Shown here: one piece after another, positions 1 through 10,820 of the stretch | How positions within the stretch are numbered: the first letter of the stretch is position 1 | Layout: every line of letters begins with the position of its first letter | NCBI GenBank assembly: GCA_965248575.1 | Contig: CBDFJQ010000002.1 | Span: 1,696,001-1,760,000, forward strand | DNA: 64,000 bases | From: Planctomycetota bacterium | GTDB taxonomy: Bacteria > Planctomycetota > B15-G4 | Direction of reading: 5' to 3' | Notes under the pieces: model-generated | The model's database searches: none | Told to the model about the DNA's origin: nothing | The model's input: the letters and a program-made list of their open reading frames with translations, nothing else | Program-made: the position numbers and the translations under genes

Positions 1-43
1 CGACCAGCGACCCAGCACCGTCACCCAGACACCAGGCACTCTC

Positions 44-1354
<1,311 letters not shown>

Positions 1355-1361
1355 CGTCCCG

Positions 1362-2432
1362 GTGGACACCCCCCCCGACCCGCGGTCCCCCGAACAGCCT
1401 GCATTGACCGATCTCGGCATCGCCGAGTACGGCCAGCTCGAGCAGCTGCCTGGCGCCAAGAAGTTCTCGCCCAAGCAGATCCGGCGCTGGGTGCTAGAGC
1501 GAGGTGTCTCGACCGTCGACGGCATGACGGACCTCTCCAAGCTGCTCCGTGAACAACTCTCGAGCCAGTGGCGGGTGCGACGCGGGACTCTCGAACGCAT
1601 CCACGAGAGCAAGGACGGAACCGCGGGCATCCTGACGCGACTCGACGACGGAAAACTCGTGGAGTCCGTGAGCATTCCCGAGGGCGACCGGCGCACCCTC
1701 TGCATCTCCAGCCAGGTCGGCTGCGCCGTGGCCTGTCAGTTCTGCGCCAGCGGGCTCGAAGGCGTCGAGCGCAACCTCAGCTCTGGCGAGATCATCGAGC
1801 AGATCCTGTTGGCCCGCGAACTCTCCCCCGAGCTGCCCCTCACCAACTATGTCTTCATGGGCTCAGGCGAGCCCACGCACAACATGAAGGCGGTGCGCAA
1901 GGCCATCGAAGTCATGAACCACCCGGACGGATTGGCCATCGGCGCACGCCGTATCACCGTCTCCACGATCGGACACCCGGAAGCGCTGGCGAAGCTCTCT
2001 GAGGACGAGATCCCCTTCAACATCGCGCTCTCCCTGCACGCCCCCACCGATGAAGCGCGGGAGGCCCTCATGCCCGGCCTGGGCCGATCCCAGCTGCGCG
2101 GGACGCTCGCAGCCGCTCACGCGCGCTTCGAGCAGACGGGCCGACGCATCACAGCCGAAGTCGTGGTCCTGGCGGGCGTCAATGACACGGTGGAGACCGC
2201 CTTGGAGTTCGCCGCCTTGCTGGGCGGCCTCAACGTCGTGGTCAACCTCATCCCCTGGAACCCGGTTGAGGACATCGCCCTCGCTCCGCCCCGTCATGAC
2301 CACGTCGAGGCCATGGCCAACACGCTGCGCACGCGGGGGATCACCACGACGGTCCGTCGCCCCCGGGGGCGGGATGTCGGCGTGGCGTGCGGGCAGTTGC
2401 GTCGTCGCGCCGCCCGCGCCAAGCCTGGCTAG
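1362..2432 (+). CDS. rlmN: Dual-specificity RNA methyltransferase RlmN (radical SAM)
   Basis: TLCISSQVGCAVACQFC (CxxxCxxC), MGSGEP, SLHAP, VNLIPWN and C-terminal ACGQL. Confidence 0.92.
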   Translation: MDTPPDPRSPEQPALTDLGIAEYGQLEQLPGAKKFSPKQIRRWVLERGVSTVDGMTDLSKLLREQLSSQWRVRRGTLERIHESKDGTAGILTRLDDGKLVESVSIPEGDRRTLCISSQVGCAVACQFCASGLEGVERNLSSGEIIEQILLARELSPELPLTNYVFMGSGEPTHNMKAVRKAIEVMNHPDGLAIGARRITVSTIGHPEALAKLSEDEIPFNIALSLHAPTDEAREALMPGLGRSQLRGTLAAAHARFEQTGRRITAEVVVLAGVNDTVETALEFAALLGGLNVVVNLIPWNPVEDIALAPPRHDHVEAMANTLRTRGITTTVRRPRGRDVGVACGQLRRRAARAKPG

Positions 2433-3190
2433 CGCAAGCGCTCTCGCGGAACAGCTGGCGAGTCCACTGCCTCCAGCCCGGCGCCCTCGCCCTGACGGAT
2501 GATCAGGATCGTCCCGGCCCCTCCACTGCTCTGGAACAGCAGGACCTCTTCCTGGCTCAGAGGGCGCAGACCCTGCATGTTCGGCGGTACCGACATGAGC
2601 AGGTCGCGCGACCCAGAGCTGTATCCCGGGCTCGACGATTTGGGGTCCAGGCTCGTCCCGAAGAATCCGAGCGGCAAGCGGTCAACCGGAGTCGGCGCGG
2701 GGCTCTGGAGCCCGCTCACCGGGCTCGTCAGGACCTGTTCATTGCCCTGTAGCCTCTCGCCTCCAGAGGCCAGGGCGTCGTCACTGAAGTAGCGCCACCC
2801 CGCCGTGCAAACGATGAGCACGGCAGCCGCCGCCGCCAGTCGCTGGAGCGCCGGAAAGCGGGCCAGCACGCCCAAGTGACCCGAGCCTGCAACCGAACCA
2901 AGTCCCATCGGAACGGCTGCAGGTCCAGGCTCTCCCACTTGAATCCGTGCCATGACCTCTTCCGTGAACCCTTCCAGCACTCCCTCTGGAAGGGGCTTCT
3001 CCGCCAACACACCCAAGCGCCCACGCATCACCGCAAACTCACGGAACTCCCGAAAGCAGGAGAGGCATTGCTTGAGGTGCGCGTCCACGGTGCCCACATG
3101 CTTCGGGTCCAGATCTCCACCCACGTGGAGCGGGAGCATGTTGCGAACGGTTCGGCAGGAGTCGTTTTGCGAAGTCAAGGTGTGGTCCAT
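2429..3190 (-). CDS. Zinc-binding (zf-HC2/ZAS) membrane anti-sigma factor
   Basis: HLKQCLSC (HxxxCxxC) near the N-terminus and an AAAAAVLIVCTAGW transmembrane helix. Lies directly downstream of an ECF sigma gene. Confidence 0.85.
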   Translation of the reverse strand: MDHTLTSQNDSCRTVRNMLPLHVGGDLDPKHVGTVDAHLKQCLSCFREFREFAVMRGRLGVLAEKPLPEGVLEGFTEEVMARIQVGEPGPAAVPMGLGSVAGSGHLGVLARFPALQRLAAAAAVLIVCTAGWRYFSDDALASGGERLQGNEQVLTSPVSGLQSPAPTPVDRLPLGFFGTSLDPKSSSPGYSSGSRDLLMSVPPNMQGLRPLSQEEVLLFQSSGGAGTILIIRQGEGAGLEAVDSPAVPRERLR

Positions 3191-3221
3191 CCGTCGTGCG
3201 TTGTCTGGCTGTCTTACGGCG

Positions 3222-3917
3222 TCAGCGAGTCATCGTTGGTTTGGAATTCGGGGCGTCGCGGCTGACCGGGTTTGCTGCTGCCCCGGCTTCGGTTTTTCCA
3301 GCCTCGAGGCGCATCCACGAATCCTTGAACTGCTTGCGTGCCACGTGCAGGCGCCAACGCACCGTGGCGTGGGTGATCCCCGTGATGTCGGAGATCTGCT
3401 TGGAGGACAATCCCTCCAAGTCGCGCAGCGCGAGCACCGTGCGGTACTTCTCGTCGAGGGTGAGCAGGACGTTCCTGACGGTGCGCGAGATCTCGCGCGA
3501 TCCCTGCTCGGCGTCCGGCGACTGGCCGGGTCGTTCGTCGGCGATCGCCTCGCGGAAGATGTCGATGTCCACGCCCTTGTGACGCTTGTTGCGCCGCAGG
3601 TGATCGATCGCCAGGTTGACCGTGATGCGGTAGAGCCAGGTTGTGAAGGCCATCCGGAAGTCGAAGCGTTCCAGGGCGCGCCAGACGCGCACAAAAGCTT
3701 CCTGGGCCACATCGCGGGCACCGTCGGAGTCCCCCAGGACCCGGTAGGCGGCCCAGAACGCCCGCTCTTCATGTCGCTTGACCAGCGCCGCAAAGGCCTC
3801 CTGAGAGCCGTCCAGGGCTCCTCGGATCAGGTCATGATCATCGCGGGTTGGCTGAGGCATTTCGGTGGATGCTGAGGAGCGAGCGACGCGAGGCCTCAGC
3901 TGCGGGAGAGCAGTCAT
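3222..3917 (-). CDS. ECF-family RNA polymerase sigma-70 factor
   Basis: Region 2 motifs (DVAQEAFVRVWR, FTTWLYRITVNLAIDHLR) and region 4 motif (EGLSSKQISDITGITHATVRWRLHVAR). The start is probably ATG 3917 or 3860 rather than 4058. Confidence 0.92.
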   Translation of the reverse strand: MTALPQLRPRVARSSASTEMPQPTRDDHDLIRGALDGSQEAFAALVKRHEERAFWAAYRVLGDSDGARDVAQEAFVRVWRALERFDFRMAFTTWLYRITVNLAIDHLRRNKRHKGVDIDIFREAIADERPGQSPDAEQGSREISRTVRNVLLTLDEKYRTVLALRDLEGLSSKQISDITGITHATVRWRLHVARKQFKDSWMRLEAGKTEAGAAANPVSRDAPNSKPTMTR

Positions 3918-4133
3918 GGGGCCCAATACGCCTGGCCGGCGAGAAGTGATGGGATGGAATCGGGGGCTTTTGGACCGAACACTGGCGGCCCCCGCCCAAA
4001 CGCCGAGGAGCCCCACAGAGTCTATCGCCCCGTGGGACCGGAGGCTTGGGCCCAACAAAGCCGATTCTTCGGCCCTGGAGCCCCTGAGGGCCCAGAGAGG
4101 GAGGCAAAAGCGCCCCTCCGCCCACCCGAAGGC

Positions 4134-5156
4134 TCACGAGTCGTTGGAAACAGCGCTCTCTGAGGGGTCGGGCAGATAGGCGCCAATGTTGCGGTACTTC
4201 TGCTCCCGGTCGGCCAGCAGCTTGGCTGGGCTCAGCTTCGAGAGCTCGGCCAGATGGCGTTCCACAGCCTCGCTCAGAATCTCGGCGGCACCTTCCTTGT
4301 CCCGATGAGCACCCCCAGGGGGCTCCGGGAGGATCTCGTCCGCCACGCCCAGCTCCATCAGAGCCGACGACGTCAGCCGCAGGGCATGGGCTGCCTCCTC
4401 GGCCCTCGAACCGTCCTTCCAGAGAATCGAGGCGCATCCCTCGGGTGAGATAACCGAGTAGTACGCGTTCTCGAGCACGAGCAGCCGGTCGCACACACCG
4501 ATCCCCAGCGCACCTCCGCTGCCACCCTCGCCGATCACGACGCTGACGATCGGAACCGGCAGGCGGGACATCTCGAAGATCGTCCAGGCGATGGCGCTCG
4601 CTTGACCCCGCTCCTCGGCGCCGATGCCCGGGTAGGCGCCAGGCGTGTTGATCAGGGTGACGATAGGCAGGTTCATGCGCACCGCCAGCTGCATGCAGCG
4701 CAGTGCCTTGCGGTACCCCTCAGGGTGCGCGCAGCCCCAGTTGCACTGGATACGCGCCTCGGTCGTCCGCCCCTTGCGGTGGGCCACCAACAGCACGCGC
4801 CTGGAGCCGAGGGTCACCAGGCCCGTGAAGATGGCCTTGTCGTCCCCGAAGGTGCGATCGCCGTGGAGCTCGATGACATCCGTTCCCAGCGCCTCCAGGT
4901 AGTCCCCGGAGACCGGCCGGTTCATGTGCCGGCTGAGCTGGATCCTCTGCCACATGGTCAGACTGGCCACCATGTCGGCCAGGGCGGCGTCCCGCTCCTC
5001 GGTGACCGTGCCGATCTCGGCCAGGAGCTCCGGTTCGGGCGCATCGCCCTGTTCCTTGGCGGTTGCCGTCAGCTCAGCGAGCTTGACGTCCAACTCGGCA
5101 ACCGGGCGCTCAAAGGCGAGCGTGTTCTTGAGTGGGTCCTTCTTGGAGCGAGCCAT
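4134..5156 (-). CDS. accA: Acetyl-CoA carboxylase carboxyltransferase subunit alpha
   Basis: ELHGDRTFGDD, PEGYRKALR, TPGAYPGIGAEERGQ, GEGGSGGALG, YSVISPEGCASILW. Start taken at ATG 5156. Confidence 0.96.
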   Translation of the reverse strand: MARSKKDPLKNTLAFERPVAELDVKLAELTATAKEQGDAPEPELLAEIGTVTEERDAALADMVASLTMWQRIQLSRHMNRPVSGDYLEALGTDVIELHGDRTFGDDKAIFTGLVTLGSRRVLLVAHRKGRTTEARIQCNWGCAHPEGYRKALRCMQLAVRMNLPIVTLINTPGAYPGIGAEERGQASAIAWTIFEMSRLPVPIVSVVIGEGGSGGALGIGVCDRLLVLENAYYSVISPEGCASILWKDGSRAEEAAHALRLTSSALMELGVADEILPEPPGGAHRDKEGAAEILSEAVERHLAELSKLSPAKLLADREQKYRNIGAYLPDPSESAVSNDS

Positions 5157-5268
5157 GGCAGCGGATCGTACCGGCTTCGACCTCACCGACGGTAGCCGCT
5201 GTCCCCAAGGGGCCCCGGTTGGCTAGCATGTCGCGCCTCTCGGCCAACGGTCCCACGGACAGCAGCGC

Positions 5269-8229
5269 GTGACTCCCCCCCGCACAACGGCCGCCGGCAC
5301 TGCCTACTGCATTGAAGTCGGCATTCGCCCGGATCGGCGCGATGTTCTCGCTCACCGCCTCCTCGACGCAGCCCGCGATGCAGGCCTGTCGCTTCCGGAC
5401 GGGCTTTCGACCCGCCGGGGCTACTCGCTGAGGATCCTCGCTGAACCGCCCCAGGCGTCGACGGGCTCGGCGCCCCCCGCAACGGATTCTGGAGCCGAAG
5501 GGGCACAGCTGCTCGCTGCCCGGCTCCTGGCCGACCCCGTGATGAACGACTTCCGGGTCTACACGCCGGACCAGTCGCCCGCCGTGCCGGACACCCAGCG
5601 CCTTGAGGTGGTGCGCCGAGCTGGCGTCATGGACCCGACCGCCCAGAGCGTCGTGCGAGCCGCCAGGGCGCTCGGCATCGAGGTGACGGATGTCCGCTCC
5701 TGGAATGCCTATGTGCTGCCAGGCGCCACGGACCCGGAGCTGCTCGAACGCTTCGGCCAGGATGTCCTCGCCAACGAAGTCATCGAGGAGGTGCGGCTCA
5801 ACCCTGAGCAGGGCATCCCACCGGCTCCGCAACTCGCTGAGCGTGCCTTCACCCTCAACCACGTGAAGCTCGCCGACGCCGATGAGCAGCGCCTCGCACA
5901 CCTGAGCGTCGAAGGATGCCTGGCGCTGGACACCACGGAAATGAAGGCGGTCCAGGCGCACTTCGCCCACGAGGGACGCGACCCCACCGACATCGAACTC
6001 GAGACCATCGCCCAGACCTGGTCCGAACACTGCAAGCACAAGACGCTGACCGGCCTCGTGAACTACGAAGGCAAGATTCACGACAACCTGCTGAAGTCGA
6101 CCATCGCCCGCGCGACCCACGAACTGGACCGCGACTTCTGCATCTCGGTCTTCGTCGACAACGCAGGCATCGTGGCCTTCGACGACAAGCACCACCTCAC
6201 CATGAAGGTCGAGACCCACAACCACCCCTCGGCGCTGGAGCCCTACGGTGGCGCGGGCACGGGCATGGGCGGCGTCCTCCGCGACACCATGGGGACCGGG
6301 CTCGGCGCGCGCCCCGTGGCGTCGACCGACGTGTTCTGCTTCGGCCCGCACGACCTGCCAGCCGAGCGGCTGCCCAAGGGCTGCCTGCACCCCCTGCGTG
6401 TCATGAAGGGCGTCGTCTCGGGCGTCCGCGACTACGGCAACCGCATGGGTATCCCCACGGTGAACGGCGCCGTCTGCTTCGATGAGCGCTACGTGGGCAA
6501 CCCCCTGGTCTACTGCGGCAGCGTCGGCCTGATCCCCGTGGAGCATGTGCACAAGGAAGTGCGCGCCGGGGACAAGATCGTCGTCTGCGGCGGCGCAACG
6601 GGCCGCGACGGCATCCACGGCGCCACGTTCTCCAGCCTGGAGCTGCACGACGAAAGCGAGAGCGTGTCATCCGGCGCGGTGCAGATCGGCAACGCCATCG
6701 AGGAGAAGCGGGTGCTGGACGTGCAGATGGAAGCGCGCGACCGGCGGCTCTATCGCGGGGTGACCGATTGTGGTGCCGGCGGGCTGTCCTCCGCGGTGGG
6801 CGAGATGGGCGAGACCTGCGGCGCCCACGTGATCCTGGATCAGGTGCCCCTGAAGTATCACGGCCTCAGCTATCCCGAGATCTGGATCTCGGAAGCCCAG
6901 GAACGCATGGTCTTTGCCGTGCCACCTGAGCACGTGGACGAGCTGCTGGAGCTGTGTGAGTCCCAGGATGTCGACGCCTCGGTCATCGGCACCTTCGACG
7001 GCAGCATGCGTCTGACCGCCGAGTTCCATGGCACGAAGGTCATGGACCTGCCCATGGGTTTCCTGCACGACGGCCTACCGCGCCGGACGCGCGATGCCAG
7101 CCGCCGGAAGCGTGAACTCTCGGACCCGGCCCCGCTCGCCATGGAGGCTGCTGGCTCCATGCTGCTGCGGATCCTCGCCTCTCCCAATGTGGCCAGCAAG
7201 GCCTGGATCATCCGCCAATACGATCACGAGGTTCAGGCAGGCTCGGTCATCAAGCCGCTCGTGGGCCCACGACGGAACGGGCCAGGGGACGCCGCTGTGG
7301 TGGCGCCGGTGCTCGGCTCATCGAAGGCGTTCGCCGTGGGCTGCGGCCTGAACCCCATGCTCGGCGACGTCGACCCGTACCAGATGGCGCTGCATGCCAT
7401 CGACGAAGCCATGCGCAATGTGGTCTGCGTCGGCGGTGACCCGGACCAGACCTCCTTGCTCGACAACTTCTCCTGGGGCAACTGCGAGAAGCCCGACAAC
7501 CTGGGCGACCTCGTGGAGGCCTGCCTTGCCTGCTACGACGGCGCCATCGCCTACCGGACGCCGTTCATCTCCGGCAAAGACAGCCTCAACAACGACTACC
7601 GCGTCGGGGACGAGAGCCGCTCGATCCCCCCCACCCTGCTCATCTCGGCCCTGGCCATCGTGCCGGAGATCTCCTGCGCCGCGAGCATGGACATGAAGGC
7701 CCCCGGGCACGAGCTGGTGCTGGTGGGCGTGACGGGGCCGGAGCTGGGCGGAAGCCACCTGGCCCACCTGAGCGGGTCCACCGGCAAGCTGGTGCCGCCG
7801 CTCGACCTCGAACAGGCACCGCGCCTGCTGGACGCCGTGCACGAGGCGCTCAAGGCCGGGCTCGTGGCCTCCAGCCACGACCTCTCCGAAGGTGGCCTGG
7901 CGGTCGCTGCAGCAGAGATGGCCTTCGCGGGCGAGGTCGGGGCCGAGCTCGACATCTCATTGGTCCCGACCCGTGACGGAGCCGACGCCACGGCCAGGCT
8001 CTTCGGCGAATCCCCTTCACGGCTCCTGCTGGAAGTCATGCCGGATCGCCTCGCGTCGCTGCACGACATCCTCGGGGACCTACCCCACGCCGTGGTGGGC
8101 CGCACGATCTCGGCCCAACACCTGCGTTTCAGCGACGGGCAGGACGTCCTGCTGGAAGAATCACTCGACGCCTTGCGACTCGCACACCTGCGCACGCTCG
8201 ACCTCGACGGGGAGTACGGAGACTCATGA
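5269..8229 (+). CDS. purL: Phosphoribosylformylglycinamidine synthase PurL with N-terminal PurS-like domains
   Basis: QTWSEHCKHK, KVETHNHPSALEPYGGA, GRDGIHGATFSS, DCGAGGLSS, SGKDSL, HDLSEGGL. The N-terminus carries PurS-like motifs LLADPV, GVMDP and VLANEVIE. Confidence 0.96.
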   Translation: MTPPRTTAAGTAYCIEVGIRPDRRDVLAHRLLDAARDAGLSLPDGLSTRRGYSLRILAEPPQASTGSAPPATDSGAEGAQLLAARLLADPVMNDFRVYTPDQSPAVPDTQRLEVVRRAGVMDPTAQSVVRAARALGIEVTDVRSWNAYVLPGATDPELLERFGQDVLANEVIEEVRLNPEQGIPPAPQLAERAFTLNHVKLADADEQRLAHLSVEGCLALDTTEMKAVQAHFAHEGRDPTDIELETIAQTWSEHCKHKTLTGLVNYEGKIHDNLLKSTIARATHELDRDFCISVFVDNAGIVAFDDKHHLTMKVETHNHPSALEPYGGAGTGMGGVLRDTMGTGLGARPVASTDVFCFGPHDLPAERLPKGCLHPLRVMKGVVSGVRDYGNRMGIPTVNGAVCFDERYVGNPLVYCGSVGLIPVEHVHKEVRAGDKIVVCGGATGRDGIHGATFSSLELHDESESVSSGAVQIGNAIEEKRVLDVQMEARDRRLYRGVTDCGAGGLSSAVGEMGETCGAHVILDQVPLKYHGLSYPEIWISEAQERMVFAVPPEHVDELLELCESQDVDASVIGTFDGSMRLTAEFHGTKVMDLPMGFLHDGLPRRTRDASRRKRELSDPAPLAMEAAGSMLLRILASPNVASKAWIIRQYDHEVQAGSVIKPLVGPRRNGPGDAAVVAPVLGSSKAFAVGCGLNPMLGDVDPYQMALHAIDEAMRNVVCVGGDPDQTSLLDNFSWGNCEKPDNLGDLVEACLACYDGAIAYRTPFISGKDSLNNDYRVGDESRSIPPTLLISALAIVPEISCAASMDMKAPGHELVLVGVTGPELGGSHLAHLSGSTGKLVPPLDLEQAPRLLDAVHEALKAGLVASSHDLSEGGLAVAAAEMAFAGEVGAELDISLVPTRDGADATARLFGESPSRLLLEVMPDRLASLHDILGDLPHAVVGRTISAQHLRFSDGQDVLLEESLDALRLAHLRTLDLDGEYGDS

Positions 8230-9029
8230 CCACCCCATCCGTCCTGGTTCTGCGCGCCGCAGGCACCAACTGCGAGCTCGAAACCGCTCACGCCTTCCGT
8301 CACTTCGGTGCCGACACGGAGACGCTGCACGTCAACGCGCTGCTGGCGAACCCAGACCTGCTCCAGGCCCACCATGTGTTGGCCATCCCAGGTGGGTTCT
8401 CCTACGGCGACGACATCGGCGCCGGGGCGGTGTTCGCCTGTGAACTCGGCACCCGACTCGCCCAGCCGCTGACCCGCTTCGTGGAGGACGGAGGGCTGGT
8501 GCTGGGCATCTGCAACGGCTTCCAGGTCCTCGTCCGGCTGGGGCTGCTGCCCGGCCTCGACGCGACCCTGGGTCAGCCTGAGCTGAGCCTGAGCGACAAC
8601 GTGTCCCACAAGTACGAGGATCGCTGGGTGCGTATGGCGATTGCATCGCGCCGCTGCGTGTTCGTGGGCGACATGGAGGCTCCCGAGCTGCCCCTCGCCC
8701 ACGCGGAAGGGCGCATCGTCTGCCCTGATCCGGGCACCTTGAAGCGCCTGCAGGATGAGGACCGGGTCGTCTTCCGCTACGCCGACGGCCATGGCCAACC
8801 CACCAACGACTACCCCGCGAACCCCAACGGTAGCGTGGATGCCATCGCGGGCCTCACGGACAGGACCGGCAGGGTTCTCGGGTTGATGCCCCACCCGGAG
8901 CGCGCCTTCTTCGGTTTCCATCATCCGGACTGGACGCGCTCCCGCTACGACGGCACGGGGCCTTCGGATCTCGGGCCCGGTGCGCCGCTGTTCGCCAACG
9001 CCTGTGACTGGGTTCGCCGCGAGCGCTAG
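8226..9029 (+). CDS. purQ: Phosphoribosylformylglycinamidine synthase glutaminase subunit PurQ
   Basis: GTNCE, PGGFSYGD, GICNGFQ (catalytic Cys), AHAEG, NPNGS, MPHPER. ATGA overlap with purL. Confidence 0.96.
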   Translation: MTTPSVLVLRAAGTNCELETAHAFRHFGADTETLHVNALLANPDLLQAHHVLAIPGGFSYGDDIGAGAVFACELGTRLAQPLTRFVEDGGLVLGICNGFQVLVRLGLLPGLDATLGQPELSLSDNVSHKYEDRWVRMAIASRRCVFVGDMEAPELPLAHAEGRIVCPDPGTLKRLQDEDRVVFRYADGHGQPTNDYPANPNGSVDAIAGLTDRTGRVLGLMPHPERAFFGFHHPDWTRSRYDGTGPSDLGPGAPLFANACDWVRRER

Positions 9030-9071
9030 GCGCACAAGCGGGCCACGACTGCTGCGATTGCCCAGGCCTTC

Positions 9072-10211
9072 TCAGCCGCAAAAAGCTTCGATGGCCTGCT
9101 CATAGAGCGCTTGCCCTGCGCCCAGGGCGTCGAAGCTCACCCACTCGTCCGCTCGGTGCGCCTGGCGGATGGACCCGGGGCCGCAGACAACGGTGGGGAT
9201 CTGGAATCCCGATCGGTAGATTTCTGCTTCTGTGTAAAAGGGCACCGCCTCGGGCTTGCTGTCCGTCGTCTCCACCAACCACTGCACGAGGCGCGTCGTG
9301 CTGGGCTGCTGGAAGGCTGGCCGACAGGCCTCCCAGTGCACGGAATGGGTCACGCCAGGCACGGCGCGGCACGCATCCTCCGCACAGTTTTCGATTCGCT
9401 GGCGCAGCCGGTCCACATCGCCACCCGGAAGCGGGCGGATCTCCACGTCGATGCTCGCGCGGGGTGGGACGAGGTTGCGCGCACTGCCGGCGCGCACCAC
9501 ACCGGTGTTGATGGTGGAGCAAGGCGGGTCGTGCATGAGCGATGGCACGGCTTCGCGGCGCAAGGTCTCCCGAAGCTCGTGCAGGTTCCGCAGCAAGACA
9601 CCCAACACCTCCGAACAGTCGGCCCCAGCCCAGGGATCGCTCGAATGGGCCGCCTCGCCACGCAACTCGATCAACGCCCCTCCGTAACCCTTGTGGGCGA
9701 CGACGGGCGTGAGACCCGTCGGCTCCCCCACCATGCAGACGGCACCCTCCAGTTCGCCTAGCAGGGAGGACTGATCCACGAGGTGCAGGGCGCCGTGACA
9801 CCCCACCTCCTCGGCGTAGGTCCAGGCCAGCACCAAGGGGCGCCTGAGTCGCGACGTCATGGCCGCCGCGGCCTCGAGCTGGGCGGCGACCGCCCCCTTC
9901 ATGTCGCAGGAACCACGGCCATAGAGCCGGCGGCCGTCCCGCTCAGGAGTGATGCTCGCCCGGGCATCCCGGTACCAGGGCACCGTATCGATGTGGCCTG
10001 CGAGCACGAGGCCGGCTGCATCCGAGCCGCCAAGGCGCGCCACGAGATTCTGTTGCGGCACACCGTCGTGCATCCCGTCCTGGATGCGCACGTCCGCACC
10101 CAGCGCACGCAGCTGCTCCACCAAGACGGAGACCACAGGGCAGGTCGATGTTCCTGGGGCCGAATCGACGGCCACCAGGCGTTCAGTCATGGACACCACG
10201 TCGGGACGCAT
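9072..10211 (-). CDS. argE: M20 family metallohydrolase, acetylornithine deacetylase (ArgE)-like
   Basis: GHIDTVP, YGRGSCDMKG, EEVG, GEPT, AHSS and GPGSIRQAHRADE motifs. Exact substrate uncertain. Confidence 0.78.
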   Translation of the reverse strand: MRPDVVSMTERLVAVDSAPGTSTCPVVSVLVEQLRALGADVRIQDGMHDGVPQQNLVARLGGSDAAGLVLAGHIDTVPWYRDARASITPERDGRRLYGRGSCDMKGAVAAQLEAAAAMTSRLRRPLVLAWTYAEEVGCHGALHLVDQSSLLGELEGAVCMVGEPTGLTPVVAHKGYGGALIELRGEAAHSSDPWAGADCSEVLGVLLRNLHELRETLRREAVPSLMHDPPCSTINTGVVRAGSARNLVPPRASIDVEIRPLPGGDVDRLRQRIENCAEDACRAVPGVTHSVHWEACRPAFQQPSTTRLVQWLVETTDSKPEAVPFYTEAEIYRSGFQIPTVVCGPGSIRQAHRADEWVSFDALGAGQALYEQAIEAFCG

Positions 10212-10230
10212 GCCCCGAGTGTACGCGCTG

Positions 10231-10734
10231 CTACGAGCTGGAGACGGTCCCGGTTGCCTCGTCGAACGTCAGGGTGACGGTCTGCCCGCTCCGGGTGAGC
10301 ACCACGGTGCCCCCAGCTAGCGGGACTCCCTGCGGGTCCACCAGAAAGGCAGTTCCGGCCGCTCCGAAGTCAGCCGAGACGATGTTGATGTTTCCCGGCT
10401 GTCCAGGCTGCTCGAAATCCAGGATGGCCAACCCGTGGGTGAACGGGTCGATCACCAGCTGCCCGCTCGCGTCGGCAATCGCCACCCTGTCGGTGCCCAC
10501 TTCGAAGAACAGGCCGTAGGCGGAGCGATTCGAGCGGGCGAGAGTCAATGTGCGCTTGGCCGAGTCCTCGATCTGCATGCTCACCAGGTCCAGCGAGGCA
10601 CCACTCTGGTTCGAGGTGCTCATGGCCAAGGCACCCGCGAGGGCGCCGAGAATCGTGGCGACAAGCAGCAACTCCACCAAGGTGAAGCCGCGATCGTTTC
10701 CGACGGAAACGCGTGAGAGCTTTGGAGTCGTCAT
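10231..10734 (-). CDS. Minor pilin/pseudopilin, FimT/GspH-like (copy 2)
   Basis: Class III signal peptide RG|FTLVELLL with Glu5. Paralog of 19915-20418. Confidence 0.88.
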   Translation of the reverse strand: MTTPKLSRVSVGNDRGFTLVELLLVATILGALAGALAMSTSNQSGASLDLVSMQIEDSAKRTLTLARSNRSAYGLFFEVGTDRVAIADASGQLVIDPFTHGLAILDFEQPGQPGNINIVSADFGAAGTAFLVDPQGVPLAGGTVVLTRSGQTVTLTFDEATGTVSSS

Positions 10735-10820
10735 GTGATTCCAATGCCTTGAAGAGGAAGGGGCGGGTGCGCTGCAAGCCGTCGCCCGTGAGCCGCAGCG
10801 GGTGAGCCGCAGCCAGTGAA

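Noticed and set aside
9072..10211. LysK partner of the LysW-like protein
   Set aside because: It is ~45 kb away, its motifs fit generic ArgE/M20, and nothing links the two genes.
10788..10813. 12-nt direct repeat GTGAGCCGCAGC x2 between pilin genes
   Set aside because: Only two GC-rich copies with a 2-nt gap. It is not a CRISPR array and I saw no further copies.
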